DNA of 64,000 nucleotides from Hyphomonadaceae bacterium BRH_c29 (GCA_000961695.1 LADW01000003.1:1224-65223), one strand, 5' to 3'; shown: positions 47,305-60,874, counted from the first letter of the stretch. Notes: a model not told the origin generated them from the sequence alone. Program-made: numbers and translations.

Positions 47305-48608
47305 TCAAATATCTCCATTGGCCGGCCGATTGCCGTTTCGAGCGCGATCGCAGATTCTGCTGCGGCGAGCGCGAGTGAATCCGCGAGAATTTCTTTGTCG
47401 AGTGCGGTCAGCCGAGTCGCGGCTGCGGACGTCTCCGACACATCTCCGCGTCGGGCAGCTATTTCGGCCCGGGCGGCCTGATCGGAAATGCCGGCCAGAT
47501 CCTGGACGACGTCGGCGCGCTGGCGCCGGGCAATGCTTACAGCGGTCAAAGCAGCGCCGATATCTGCCCGAACTGTTTCGGCACGGGCCTGATACTGAGC
47601 CTCCAGCACCTGGAGATTTGTCTGCGCTACAGCCTGATCGCTGCGCGCCCGGTTCCAGACTGGCAGGGTGAAGCTTACAGCCGGCCCCAGTGTTCGGAGG
47701 TTGCCGGTGTCCCTTCCGGCATTGAGCGAAATGCCGGGCAGGGGAAAGCGCGAAGCGTCTGCGACTGCCCGTCCGGCATTTGCGGCGGCAAGTCCTTCGC
47801 GCAGGCCTTGCAAATCCGCCCGAGCATCCAAGGCTGTCTTGAAGAGTGATTCTGCAGCTGGCATGCCAGCCTCCGTGGCGGACGGCGCCTGCAGGCGGAT
47901 GATTTCGTCTGGTGCAATGCCAAGTAGGCGGTTGAGATCAAGCCGTGCGGCGGCGAGCTGGTTTTCTGCAGAGCGGTCACGGTCCGAAGCGTCGGCAGCG
48001 GCAAGCCGGCGCGCATCCACTTCAATTGCCGCGATATCGCCGCGCGCAGCCGCAGCGATGGCCCGGTCAAGATCCTGATCGGCGATTTGCCGATAGCTTG
48101 TCGTTTTGAGTTTGATGCCTTCCAGCCAGGAAATTCGGGTGGCCAGAAGTTTGGCATTCTGGCGGGTCAACCACTCCGTCCACAGAACGTCCTGCCTGAC
48201 GCTTGCGGCGTTGGCTTTCGCTGCGTCGACGCGGGCGGGCCGTGTCGATAGGGCTGCCAGATCGAGCCCCAGTGATGAGGTAAGAGCAATCACTGTGTTG
48301 ACACCGTTGATCGGGAAATCGGCGCCAAGACCAAGAGTGGGATCTGGTAGAAGCCCGGCGGCAAACAATTGCGCCCCGGCGAGACCTTCCTGCGCGCGAA
48401 CGACCTTGAGATCAGGATTGCTCAGGATCGCGATACTCGCGAGGTCGTAGGCTGAAAGCGGATGCGCGATGTCGACAACGCCTTCTGGGCCCGCGGCCTG
48501 CGCGAGTAAAGCGCCTGAAATCGCAATGTCAGGCGGGGAATAGGGCGTTGGCTGAATCGCGCAGGCCGATGCGGCAACCAGCATCGGGATCATCGTCACG
48601 AATTTCAT
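47301..48608 (-). CDS. TolC-family outer membrane lipoprotein
   Basis: MKFVTMIPMLVAASAC lipobox; LLPDPTLG; SFTLPVWN. Confidence 0.86.
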   Translation of the reverse strand: MKFVTMIPMLVAASACAIQPTPYSPPDIAISGALLAQAAGPEGVVDIAHPLSAYDLASIAILSNPDLKVVRAQEGLAGAQLFAAGLLPDPTLGLGADFPINGVNTVIALTSSLGLDLAALSTRPARVDAAKANAASVRQDVLWTEWLTRQNAKLLATRISWLEGIKLKTTSYRQIADQDLDRAIAAAARGDIAAIEVDARRLAAADASDRDRSAENQLAAARLDLNRLLGIAPDEIIRLQAPSATEAGMPAAESLFKTALDARADLQGLREGLAAANAGRAVADASRFPLPGISLNAGRDTGNLRTLGPAVSFTLPVWNRARSDQAVAQTNLQVLEAQYQARAETVRADIGAALTAVSIARRQRADVVQDLAGISDQAARAEIAARRGDVSETSAAATRLTALDKEILADSLALAAAESAIALETAIGRPMEIFE

Positions 48609-48680
48609 GTTGATGTCCTCACTCTTGAAATCAGGGCGTCGCACCGGATCGCTCCAGCTGTCATCAGATGAGCCGGGCGG

Positions 48681-50057
48681 TCAACGTGCATCGGACCTGA
48701 GGGCTTCATCAAACCTGGCGAAGTCAACGCGAACCAGAAGGCCCGGATTCGCATTGCTGAGGCGGAGCGATGCACCATGCAAGTCAGCGATGGCCTCCAC
48801 CAGGGCAAGCCCGAGGCCGGAGCCGGGTGTGTGGCGGGATTTGTCCAGCCGGTAGAAGCGCCCAAGCACCCGTTCATGTTCTTCCGGCGGGATCCCCGGG
48901 CCGTTGTCGCCAACACTCATCCAGACGCCATTGTGCCCGGAGCCGGTCTCAAGCCAGATTTTGGCGCCTGGCCCTGCATGCCGGATGGCGTTCTCTATCA
49001 GATTGGCCCCCAGCTGGATGAGCAGATCCCGATCTCCGAACACGAGCGTATCGGTATTGGCAAAAGTGGATACCGACAGAACCTGATCGGAATCCTCGGC
49101 GACGGCAGTGTACACGTCGCTGAGTGCAGCAGCCACCTCTGAAAGCGGCACCGCCCGAAACTTGGCCTTTCGCGCGCCGGCTTCGATCTGAGAGATTCTC
49201 AGAAGTGCATCAAAGGTCGCGGTAATCTGTCGAATCTCGTCGGTCACCAGATCAAGATGCGCCTCAAGATTGGGATACGATTCCGATTCACTCCGTAGAC
49301 GTTCAATCTGGATACCGAGCCGGTTTATGGGCGTTCGCAGATCGTGGGCTATGTCGGCGCTGACCTGTCTGATACCCGATACCGTGGCCTCCAGTTGGCC
49401 GAGCGCTTCGTTGATACGCTCAGACAGTAAGCCAAGATCGTCCTGATGTCCTCTGGTGTCTATCCGGCGCTTCATGTCGCCAGAGGCGACCTTGCGCAGA
49501 ACGCTCGAAATACGATCAATTCGGGCGCGCCCATTGCGGGACAGGACTATGGCGGCCAGTCCGGCAAGCGCTGACACAAAGAAAGTTGCGCCGCCAAAGG
49601 CTTTCAGGATCGTGCTTGCGATGTCGTCGGTTTCTTCATAGCTTCTGGCGGTGATCAGCCGGAGATCGTCAAACCGTCTGCTGATCAGCAGGTAGGTGTC
49701 ATCATCGTCCTGACCCAGACGGGTTCCTGTAACATCGCCGTCGCCAAGCGCGCCGGGATCCGGGAGGGGGTGTCCGGCCAAGTATGTCCCATCGGACCTG
49801 CCGAGCCAGACAATGTCGTCTTCCGGGTCCAGGCTTGCGGCACGCGCTTCGACATCTGCCAGTAGCGCGTCTTGGCCATCCGCCTCATAGGTATCCAGGA
49901 CTTGCGCCGACATGAGTGCGGCAGCCTGTTCGACACGGCCGTCGAGGTCATGATGAATCGATTGGAAGGCAATCCAGCCTGCGACAAGGTTCGACAGCAC
50001 GAACAGGCTAGTCAGTGCGAGGGCGAACCTGAAATATGTGCCGCGCAAAAGGTCCAT
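48681..50057 (-). CDS. Sensor histidine kinase (HAMP-HisKA-HATPase)
   Basis: IAHDLRTP, NLIENAIRH, DNGPGI, GSGLGLALV. Confidence 0.93.
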   Translation of the reverse strand: MDLLRGTYFRFALALTSLFVLSNLVAGWIAFQSIHHDLDGRVEQAAALMSAQVLDTYEADGQDALLADVEARAASLDPEDDIVWLGRSDGTYLAGHPLPDPGALGDGDVTGTRLGQDDDDTYLLISRRFDDLRLITARSYEETDDIASTILKAFGGATFFVSALAGLAAIVLSRNGRARIDRISSVLRKVASGDMKRRIDTRGHQDDLGLLSERINEALGQLEATVSGIRQVSADIAHDLRTPINRLGIQIERLRSESESYPNLEAHLDLVTDEIRQITATFDALLRISQIEAGARKAKFRAVPLSEVAAALSDVYTAVAEDSDQVLSVSTFANTDTLVFGDRDLLIQLGANLIENAIRHAGPGAKIWLETGSGHNGVWMSVGDNGPGIPPEEHERVLGRFYRLDKSRHTPGSGLGLALVEAIADLHGASLRLSNANPGLLVRVDFARFDEALRSDAR

Positions 50058-50058
50058 A

Positions 50059-50730
50059 CTAAGCACGAAGTGTATATCCCACATTCTTGATCGTGTGCAG
50101 GAGCTCCGTCTCGAACGGCTTGTCGATCTTGGCTCTCAACCTGCTGATATGCGTTTCGACGACAGAGGTCTGCGGATCGAAATTGAAATCCCAGACATGT
50201 TCCAAAAGCATCGTCTTGCTCAGGACACGCCCTTCGGACCGCATAAAATATTCCAGCAAGGCGAACTCCTTGGCGAGGAGCTCGATCCGGATTCCGCCGC
50301 GCATCACTGCCCGCCGTACGAGGTCCATTTCGAGGTCTCCGACGGTGAGCTTTGTCTGTTCGGTCATCCGGGCAGGCCGCCGCGCGATAGCGGCGAGCCG
50401 CGCGGCGAGTTCCGAGAACGCAAACGGCTTGACAAGGTAGTCATCGGCGCCCGCTTCCAGGCCTTCTACCCTGTCATCTATGCCGCCAATGGCTGTGAGA
50501 AACAGGACAGGCGCAATACTGCCGGCTGCCCGGATGGCCTTCAGAATGGCCAGTCCGTCCATCCCTGGCAGCATCCGGTCAAGAATGATAGCGCCATAGC
50601 TGCCTCGCGCTGCGAGGGTCAGACCATCGACCCCGTCGGCGGTCGCATCAACAAGATGTCCTGCGCCGATGAGGCCGGATTCCACATAGTCACGGGTGAC
50701 AACATCGTCTTCGACGAGCAGAATTTTCAT
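50059..50730 (-). CDS. OmpR-family response regulator (CusR/CzcR-like)
   Basis: IILDRMLPGMDG, DDYLVKPF, VVETHISRLRAKID, TIKNVGY. Confidence 0.95.
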   Translation of the reverse strand: MKILLVEDDVVTRDYVESGLIGAGHLVDATADGVDGLTLAARGSYGAIILDRMLPGMDGLAILKAIRAAGSIAPVLFLTAIGGIDDRVEGLEAGADDYLVKPFAFSELAARLAAIARRPARMTEQTKLTVGDLEMDLVRRAVMRGGIRIELLAKEFALLEYFMRSEGRVLSKTMLLEHVWDFNFDPQTSVVETHISRLRAKIDKPFETELLHTIKNVGYTLRA

Positions 50731-50778
50731 GATGCCGTTTCGCTCTTATGTCGGAAATCTGGGCGGGACTCGTCGAAC

Positions 50779-51126
50779 CTACTTGGCCTCACCCGTGCTG
50801 TCGCGATCTTCAAGTTCGACAGACAGCACCGCGGCGGTCTCGGGATCGATGTGGACTTCAAGTTCGCCGCCGTTGGCGTCCAGAAGTTCGACAGTGAACG
50901 TCCACGCTCCATCCTCGTCTTCAAATTCAGCCGCGATTGCCTTTGCGCTTGTTTCCGCTTCTGCAGCCGCGATCGCCTGAGTCAGGCTGACAGGGGAGGC
51001 GCGTAACGCTGTAGCTTCTGCGAGATCGTCGTTATCGGGGCGGGCTTCAGCAATTGCCACGCCCATCGCGCCCAGCGTCAGGGCAGCCACCGCTGCGAAT
51101 GAAAGTGTCATCATCTGTTTGTTCAT
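50779..51126 (-). CDS. PepSY-domain exported protein
   Basis: Signal peptide; SLTQAIAAAE...AEFEDEDGAWTFTVELL...EVHIDPETAAVL. Confidence 0.85.
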   Translation of the reverse strand: MNKQMMTLSFAAVAALTLGAMGVAIAEARPDNDDLAEATALRASPVSLTQAIAAAEAETSAKAIAAEFEDEDGAWTFTVELLDANGGELEVHIDPETAAVLSVELEDRDSTGEAK

Positions 51127-51218
51127 GTCGGGTCTCCTGATTGTGACATATAGGTGCGACCGAACGGCACCTTCCGCCTTTAGACACGACTGATCTGCCC
51201 CTGATCCGTCGGCTAGTT

Positions 51219-51232
51219 TACAAATATGTACA
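51219..51232. promoter_or_regulatory. Response-regulator-type box 1 (TACA-N6-TACA)
   Basis: TACAAATATGTACA upstream of the PepSY operon; 13/14 identical to box 2. Confidence 0.55.
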
Positions 51233-51352
51233 CTTTCGATTGGCTGGCGGAGCGTTGCCAGTGGGCGGACATGCAGCACACGCCGACGTCTGCTTGTAAG
51301 GCGCGCCTTTGGGCAGACCGTCAGCTTGGCGCATGTCCTCAAGTTGGCAATA

Positions 51353-51366
51353 TACAAATTTGTACA
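51353..51366. promoter_or_regulatory. Response-regulator-type box 2 (TACA-N6-TACA)
   Basis: TACAAATTTGTACA upstream of the MlaC-like gene. Confidence 0.55.
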
Positions 51367-51429
51367 ATGGCCACCATCTTGATTTAAGTGGCGGGCGAGA
51401 AGGATGATGCTTCCAAACCGGAGATCTCC

Positions 51430-51975
51430 ATGCGCCGAATTGCTGCACTTCTCCTGCTGTTCGTTCAGTTTCCGCTTTCCGCCATCGCCAACCCCCAAGC
51501 CGAGGAACACGTTCAGGCCGTCGTCCAATCGATCCACGCCGAGCAGGACGGAGCGCTCGCAGCAGCGCTCGTTGAAGAAATCGACATCAGCCGTACGTCG
51601 CGGTTTGTTCTCGGGCGGCACCTGCGCGACGCGACGCCGGCACAGATCGAGGCATTCGAGAGCCGGTTCAGGGCTTATCTGGTCAGCTTCCTGTCCGGTC
51701 GGACGGATGAGCTCGCACAGGCAAAGATCGAGATTGTCGGATCGAGTGATCGAAATCCAGGCGATTCGATCGTGACCACGCGCGTCTCCTCACCTTTCCG
51801 GGAGCCGATGATCATGCGTTGGCGCCTTATCGAGCGAGAGAACGCATGGAGGCTGGTGGATGTCGAAGTTCACGGGATATGGCTGGCAATTGAACAGCGT
51901 GCGCAGATTGCATCGCTTCTCGACCGAAAGGACGTTGGAATCGGCGACCTCTATTCCGGGCAGGAGGTTCGGTGA
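51430..51975 (+). CDS. MlaC/Ttg2D-family periplasmic lipid-binding protein
   Basis: IDISRTSRFVLGRHLR, WRLVDVEVHGIWLAIEQRAQI; signal peptide; GGAG RBS. Confidence 0.85.
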   Translation: MRRIAALLLLFVQFPLSAIANPQAEEHVQAVVQSIHAEQDGALAAALVEEIDISRTSRFVLGRHLRDATPAQIEAFESRFRAYLVSFLSGRTDELAQAKIEIVGSSDRNPGDSIVTTRVSSPFREPMIMRWRLIERENAWRLVDVEVHGIWLAIEQRAQIASLLDRKDVGIGDLYSGQEVR

Positions 51976-52245
51976 AGCCGCGCAGGTTTTGGCCTGGAGG
52001 CGGGCAACCTTGACGTCCGAACCGCGCTTCGAACCCGTGTATCGACCCAGAAAAATGCTCAAGCCATAAGGAGCAAAATTGGCTATGAGAGTGCGCATGG
52101 ACCGACCCGCTCCGATTCTTCGGACCACCGTTACTTCGGGAGAGCGACCAATTGGCGTGCGTCTGCGAGATGTCATTTTCCAAGCATCGACCCGATCTCG
52201 TTTTCCACACACACCATTTATTGTGTGGCAAACGCTGAGATCAAC

Positions 52246-52890
52246 TCAGATAACCCTTCTGACTTGGGAGTATGCGCCTTTGGTGCGGAGTGTCACGTCT
52301 ACGGCAACACCACTCCGGTTGCGCCAGTACCAGCCGTGGGCGCCGTCGAACGCGGCGGTAAATTCGCCAGAATCTTCGGTTGCAGACCGGCCCTTGCTAT
52401 AGCTTGTAAACGATTCATTTGCGCCGTCTGCGTGAAGGTCAAAGTTCACATGACCAGGCGCAGCGGTCCATTCGTAGATTGCTACTTCACCCTGTTTCAT
52501 AGTGAGTTTGATTTCAGCCGCCTCATCGGGCGCAAGGGTCAAAGTGACTGTGTCACGCCATGAGGAGCGCACGGAATCTTGCGAAGCGCCGCCGGGTGAG
52601 GGGACTACATTGACAGCTTCATCGGAGATCTCGGCGACCAGGAACGGCGGCGCTTCGCCTGTTGCCGTGGTAGCGTCTGAATCCGCTTCGGCGATCAGCT
52701 GCTGCTTGATTTCGCCCATCTGGGCAAGACCGAGCACCCGTCCTATGCCGGTGGGATCAAACCCATACTCAGACGGCAGAACGACGGTGACAAGAAGAGC
52801 GGATGCAGTAGCAACTGCAATTGCGGTCGAGCGCAGGAGTTGGGGTGTCGTGGGAAGTTCGGCGCGCGTTGGCATGTCAGTGTTGTACAT
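52246..52890 (-). CDS. Membrane-anchored periplasmic protein of unknown function, associated with HupE/UreJ
   Basis: One TM (VTVVLPSEYGFDPTGIG); C-terminal beta domain with FDLHAD and GAHGWYWRNR. Confidence 0.75.
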   Translation of the reverse strand: MYNTDMPTRAELPTTPQLLRSTAIAVATASALLVTVVLPSEYGFDPTGIGRVLGLAQMGEIKQQLIAEADSDATTATGEAPPFLVAEISDEAVNVVPSPGGASQDSVRSSWRDTVTLTLAPDEAAEIKLTMKQGEVAIYEWTAAPGHVNFDLHADGANESFTSYSKGRSATEDSGEFTAAFDGAHGWYWRNRSGVAVDVTLRTKGAYSQVRRVI

Positions 52891-52902
52891 TTTCAGGTCC
52901 TC

Positions 52903-53634
52903 CTAAGAGACAAAATAGCCGGTGAGCTGGTAGCCGATCAGCAGGAAACCTGCGGCCATCATCGCCACGTTTGCGGTATAGGCGTGTTTCAGGAATGAGG
53001 GCGTGCGCCGCCAGAATCCCATGACGATCAGGATGGCGCCGAGGGCGAGCAGCTGGCCGATCTCGACGCCCACATTGAAGGCTAGGAGATTCGGCAAAAG
53101 GCCGTCCGGTGAAATCTCATAGTCGAGGATTTTCGAGGAGAGGCCGAAGCCGTGGCAGAAGCCGAAGATTAGCGTTGCCGCTTTCGTGTCCGGCTGGAAA
53201 CCGAACCAGCGTTGGTAGGCGCCCATATTGTCGAGCGCCTTGTAGACAATCGACAGGCCGATGATCGCATCGATGATGTAGCTGTTGATGCCAAAGTTGA
53301 AGAAGACGCCAGTCAGCATCGTGGTTGAATGCCCGATGGCAAACAGGCTGACATAGATGCCGATATCCTTCATCCGGTAAAGGAAGAAAATCACGCCGAG
53401 CAGGAAGAGGATGTGATCGTATCCGGTCACCATGTGCTTGGCGCCGAGATAGAGGAAGGACATCAGGTGGACGCCTGAAATCTCCTGGATATAGCCCTTG
53501 TCGCCTTCAGCAACGCCATGGGCCGCGGCCACTCCCGGCAAGGCGCATGCCAAGAACAAGAGCACCAGACTGATGTCCGGCCGCAAGCCGGCGCGGCGCG
53601 TTCCCCGCCGAGTGGGTCTGAAGCGTTTCAGCAT
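52903..53634 (-). CDS. HupE/UreJ-family membrane protein (Ni/Co-associated)
   Basis: GAKHMVTGYDHILFLL, FAIGHSTT, FGFCHGFGLS, FNVGVEIGQ. Confidence 0.88.
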   Translation of the reverse strand: MLKRFRPTRRGTRRAGLRPDISLVLLFLACALPGVAAAHGVAEGDKGYIQEISGVHLMSFLYLGAKHMVTGYDHILFLLGVIFFLYRMKDIGIYVSLFAIGHSTTMLTGVFFNFGINSYIIDAIIGLSIVYKALDNMGAYQRWFGFQPDTKAATLIFGFCHGFGLSSKILDYEISPDGLLPNLLAFNVGVEIGQLLALGAILIVMGFWRRTPSFLKHAYTANVAMMAAGFLLIGYQLTGYFVS

Positions 53635-53703
53635 TGAAGAATTCCTTTGATCTGGGAAGGTTGGTCAGTCGGTCCGTCCGTCTTTCATCGTTGCGAGGAA
53701 GTC

Positions 53704-55047
53704 TCAGCGTGTCGGCGATGGCCAGCGGCGGTGTAGATCGTCGATCACGAAGGCGTGCGCGGACTGTCCTTCCTTATGGTGATCAGTGAGGTGGGGATGA
53801 TCCGGCGGCAAATCGGGATGCTGATGTGCCGCTTCGCCGTCAGCCGAAGTGGGCCAGAGCCACCAGGCAAACAGCACTCCGATGACGGCAAGCCCTGCAG
53901 AGGCTGCAAATGCTGCTGACAGTCCAAACTGGCTGCCTGTCCAACCCGCAAGCGGATAGGCAAGCAGCCAGCAGATGTGGCTCAAGGAAAACTGCGCGGC
54001 GAAGATGGCCGGACGTCCGTCAGCGGAAGAAGACCGGCGAAGCAGGCGCCCACTCGGTGTAACAGCCATGGAATAAGCTGCGCCGAGTATCAGCCAACCC
54101 ACCAGAATGATCGGCCAACTCATGCCGCCCGGCACAAAAAAGGAAAGGCCGCTCAACACGATGAGCGTTGCCGACAGAGCGGCCGCAGCGGTCATCATCG
54201 CACTCCGGTCGCTCAGTCTTTCAAGCAGTTTGGGCAAAATGAACGCCACCGCCATAGAGCCTGCGCCGTAGGCGGCAAGGGTCATTGCATAGGCCTGGGT
54301 ACCGAGCCCCAGCTGCTCGCGAACAATGACGACTGTGTTGACGATCACCATGGCGCTCGCGGCGGCGGCCGAGAGCGTGACCGCCAGCATTCCGCGCAGG
54401 CGCGGAGTGCCGAGGTATTGCCGCATTCCCCGCGTCAGGCGCACCAGAACCTTCTCCTTTCGCCCAGATGAAATTGCCGGGGAAGGCAAGGTCGTTGCAA
54501 AGACCAGAAGTGCCGAGGCCAGGAAGCCAATAGCCGTGCCGCTGAAAAGCGCGTGAAAATTCATCACCAGCAACAATAGTCCGGCCAACAAGGGGCTCGT
54601 GAGGTTCTCCATATCGTAAGCGAGGCGCGAGAGTGACAGGGCGCGCGTATAGTCACGCTCATCCGGCAGAACATCAGGAATGGTCGCTTGGAATGTTGGC
54701 GTAAACGCCGCAGAGGCCGATTGCAGGACAAAGATGAGCACAAACACCTGCCAGACCTGATCCACGAAGGGCAGGCAAAGCGCGACGCCCGTTCGCAAGA
54801 GGTCCATGGCAATCAGGAATGCCCGGCGCGGCAACGAATTGGCAAATGCCCCGACGATCGGAGCGATGACAATATAAGCCCCCATCTTGATTGCGAGCGC
54901 TGTGCCAAGGACGGCGCCTGCATCTGCACCCGCGAGATCGTGCGCCAGCAGGCCCAGTGCAACCGTGGCGAGGCCCGTGCCAATGAGCGCAATCACCTGC
55001 GCTGAAAACAAATTCCGGTAAGTCCGGTTTGACAGTATCTTCAACAT
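53704..55047 (-). CDS. nreB: NreB/NrsD-like MFS nickel exporter with His-rich tail
   Basis: NRTYRNLFSAQVIALIGTGLATVALGLLA; AQFSLSHICW; tail HQHPDLPPDHPHL...HAFVIDDLHRRWP. Confidence 0.8.
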   Translation of the reverse strand: MLKILSNRTYRNLFSAQVIALIGTGLATVALGLLAHDLAGADAGAVLGTALAIKMGAYIVIAPIVGAFANSLPRRAFLIAMDLLRTGVALCLPFVDQVWQVFVLIFVLQSASAAFTPTFQATIPDVLPDERDYTRALSLSRLAYDMENLTSPLLAGLLLLVMNFHALFSGTAIGFLASALLVFATTLPSPAISSGRKEKVLVRLTRGMRQYLGTPRLRGMLAVTLSAAAASAMVIVNTVVIVREQLGLGTQAYAMTLAAYGAGSMAVAFILPKLLERLSDRSAMMTAAAALSATLIVLSGLSFFVPGGMSWPIILVGWLILGAAYSMAVTPSGRLLRRSSSADGRPAIFAAQFSLSHICWLLAYPLAGWTGSQFGLSAAFAASAGLAVIGVLFAWWLWPTSADGEAAHQHPDLPPDHPHLTDHHKEGQSAHAFVIDDLHRRWPSPTR

Positions 55048-55078
55048 GATGGTTCAATTCCCTTCCAGCGGGCACCTG

Positions 55079-58264
<3,186 letters not shown>

Positions 58265-59527
58265 CTAGTGATCGTGGCTTGCGCCGGACTTGTCGATGTC
58301 GGCCTTGATAAGGAACGAATTCTCTGTGACGTAGATTTCGCCGGGCCTGAGCCCGCCAAGCACTTCGACATACTCGCCATCACGGCGCCCAAGTTCGAGC
58401 ATCCGGACCTCGTAGGTTTCATCCACCTTGGCATAGACGACCGTGAAATCGCGGAAGCTCTGAAGACCGGTTTCCTTGACAGCGAGCGGCACTTCAGCAG
58501 CGTCCGTCTGGACTTCCGCCATTAGGCGCATCCCCGGTTGTAGACCGGCATCGGCCGGAATCTTGGCGACCGCGATCCGGGTCTGCGAGTTGGCGCCGGT
58601 TACCGGAAGGAACCGCGAAATCGTTGTCTCAACAGAGAAGTCGCCGCCCGCAATTCCGAGGCGGACGGGCTGGCCTGCTTTCACGCGCCCTGCGTCGCGT
58701 GGGAAGACATGCAGATAGGCCTCCAGTTGGTTCAAGTCCGCGATCACGAACAGGGGATCAGTTCCCGCCACGTCGCCTACATTTGTCAGCCGCTCCAGAA
58801 CGGCCCCGCTTATCGGTGCAGCCACCGAATATTCCTGGAGACTGCTGGACGACTCTATTCGGGCAAGTGTCTGGCCCCGGCGCACGGTGTCGCCAACCGT
58901 GATCGAGACGGACTTCACGGCACCTGGATATGTCGCGCCAACTTGAGCGGTAGCTGATGGCGCAAGTGTGGATTCACCGGAGAGCGCCAGGATGTCCTTG
59001 ATCGCTGCGGCGCCTGCGGGTTCCACGGCGACTCCGGTTTCAAGGGCTATTTCGTCCGGGATCGTCGTGCGGCCCTCGAACGAGTCGTAGCGCCAGCTGT
59101 ACGTCTTGCCATCATGGCGAGCCTCCACAACGACTTCGAAAGAGTGAGGCTCGGTGACAACACCGTCTCCCATCAGATAATCCTGACGCGGAGTGAATGC
59201 GAATGTGTCAGTAATATCGCCAAGACGGTTCAGCCGCACCGTGAGGTCAACCTTTGAGGGGTCCAATGGGGCGCCGTCCAGGGTGGGATACACCCGGTAC
59301 TGCGGCGGCACACCCGTTTCGAAGATTGTCATTTCGACAGCGAAGGGTCCCTCCTGAAGCAGGCGCCCGCCATGACTACCTTTCGGATATTCATCGGCGG
59401 CGGCTTCCGTCTCGCCGTGAACCCCGGCATTTGGATTCGAGGGCGAGTTACCGCCGCAAGAAGCCAGAAGGCCAGCTACCAAGAGCGCAGCAATCGCTCG
59501 GGCATTGTTTCGGATAGGCGATTTCAT
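58265..59527 (-). CDS. czcB: CzcB-type membrane fusion protein
   Basis: Lipobox LASC; GSHGGRLL; C-terminal KSGASHDH. Confidence 0.9.
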   Translation of the reverse strand: MKSPIRNNARAIAALLVAGLLASCGGNSPSNPNAGVHGETEAAADEYPKGSHGGRLLQEGPFAVEMTIFETGVPPQYRVYPTLDGAPLDPSKVDLTVRLNRLGDITDTFAFTPRQDYLMGDGVVTEPHSFEVVVEARHDGKTYSWRYDSFEGRTTIPDEIALETGVAVEPAGAAAIKDILALSGESTLAPSATAQVGATYPGAVKSVSITVGDTVRRGQTLARIESSSSLQEYSVAAPISGAVLERLTNVGDVAGTDPLFVIADLNQLEAYLHVFPRDAGRVKAGQPVRLGIAGGDFSVETTISRFLPVTGANSQTRIAVAKIPADAGLQPGMRLMAEVQTDAAEVPLAVKETGLQSFRDFTVVYAKVDETYEVRMLELGRRDGEYVEVLGGLRPGEIYVTENSFLIKADIDKSGASHDH

Positions 59528-60807
59528 TGTTCTGTCTCCTGGCGCGCGCTGGACGGGTCATTCTGACCGGTCAAACGGGCGAGTGCGGCATCGTTGAGGA
59601 CATAAGTGCGGACATGATCGAGGCGCGCTTCGCGCAGCGCGGTCAGCGCGCGCTGAGCATCGAACACGTCGAGATAGGTGAAGGCGCCGCGTGCATAACC
59701 GTCCTCGGCGAGCGCGAGTGCGCGCGTGGCTTCGGGCAGCAAATCCGAGTCGATTGCCTTGATCGCATCGGCGGCGCTCAAGGCGGCGCGCTGGTACACA
59801 AGCGCCTGCCGGATCAGCTGTTGCCGGACGGCCTCGGACTGGAGTTCGATCTGTTTGCGGGCAGCGCTCGCGCGCGCGGCGCCTGCTTCGCTGCGACCCG
59901 CCGAACCGAGTGGTATAGAGGCGCCGCCGGTTACGGCGACATCATCTTCAATGCCGAACTTCCGTACACCAACGGACCAGGTAATGTCCGGAACCGCCTG
60001 AGCCTTTTCAAGTTCGATCTGCGCTGATGCACGAAGTCGTTCTGCTTCCAGCCGGTCGAGTTCAGGCGACTTTATTGCTGAGAAGTCATAGGCGCGTGGT
60101 GAAAGCCGCCGGTCAAGGAACTCCGGATCAAGTTGCGGCGCCTCGGCTGCGTTCCAATAGCTGCCGAGCGCCGCCTTCAGATTCTGTGCGTCCTGATCCT
60201 CTCGCCGGGCATCGGCAATCGCGACCGCGAGATCAGTAGATGCGCGCGCGCCCGCAAGCAGGGGATCGCGCGCCGCTTCCACGCGCCGGTCAACGGCGGA
60301 CTGAAGCGACATAACCGTCTCAACCCGCTCGCAAGCCAGCAAGGCGCGCCGCTCGGCAAGAGCGGCCTCAATGTAGAGCGTCTCAACTTCTGTCAGGATT
60401 TCGATTTGCGCCGCTTGTCGTTCGGTTTCAGCAACATCGACACCGCGGCGGGCAAGCACGGTGCGAGCATCTTGTTTTCCGCCGCGTTCCCAGACCCGTG
60501 AAAATTGGCCTGTGACCTGAAGGTTGTCGATTTCACTCGCCAGTCCGATTCCGGGGAAGTCTTCGATCTCGAGTGAGACAGTATCCGCAGGACGAAGTGC
60601 GGCGATGGCCTGTTCGGTTCGCGCTGCGGCAATGCCTGCATCCGCGACCTCCGGCCGAAGATCGGCGGCAGCAGCGAGTTCTACCGCTTGTGTCAGGGAT
60701 AGGATTGCGCCGGTTTCGGCAGGCCTGCCACACGGACCGGCCCCCTCCTGCGCGAGGGCAGCGGGAGAGACCATCGCCAGCGCGAGGCCCAGAATTTTGA
60801 GAGACAT
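59524..60807 (-). CDS. czcC: CzcC/TolC-type outer membrane efflux protein
   Basis: VWERGGKQDAR, AVPDITWSVGVRKF, YARGAFTYLDV. Confidence 0.88.
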   Translation of the reverse strand: MSLKILGLALAMVSPAALAQEGAGPCGRPAETGAILSLTQAVELAAAADLRPEVADAGIAAARTEQAIAALRPADTVSLEIEDFPGIGLASEIDNLQVTGQFSRVWERGGKQDARTVLARRGVDVAETERQAAQIEILTEVETLYIEAALAERRALLACERVETVMSLQSAVDRRVEAARDPLLAGARASTDLAVAIADARREDQDAQNLKAALGSYWNAAEAPQLDPEFLDRRLSPRAYDFSAIKSPELDRLEAERLRASAQIELEKAQAVPDITWSVGVRKFGIEDDVAVTGGASIPLGSAGRSEAGAARASAARKQIELQSEAVRQQLIRQALVYQRAALSAADAIKAIDSDLLPEATRALALAEDGYARGAFTYLDVFDAQRALTALREARLDHVRTYVLNDAALARLTGQNDPSSARQETEQ

Positions 60808-60874
60808 GAAACAAAGACCTCGTGACCATGAACAATTGACTGGTCTGCATTATGCAAACCAGCGACGCTCAGGG

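Noticed and set aside
46343-47671. 442-aa Ser/Arg-rich + strand ORF (likewise 22768-23763, 23421-24323, 33374-34441, 50038-51006, 55232-56134)
   Set aside because: Antisense shadows of clearly identified minus-strand genes; low-complexity translation.
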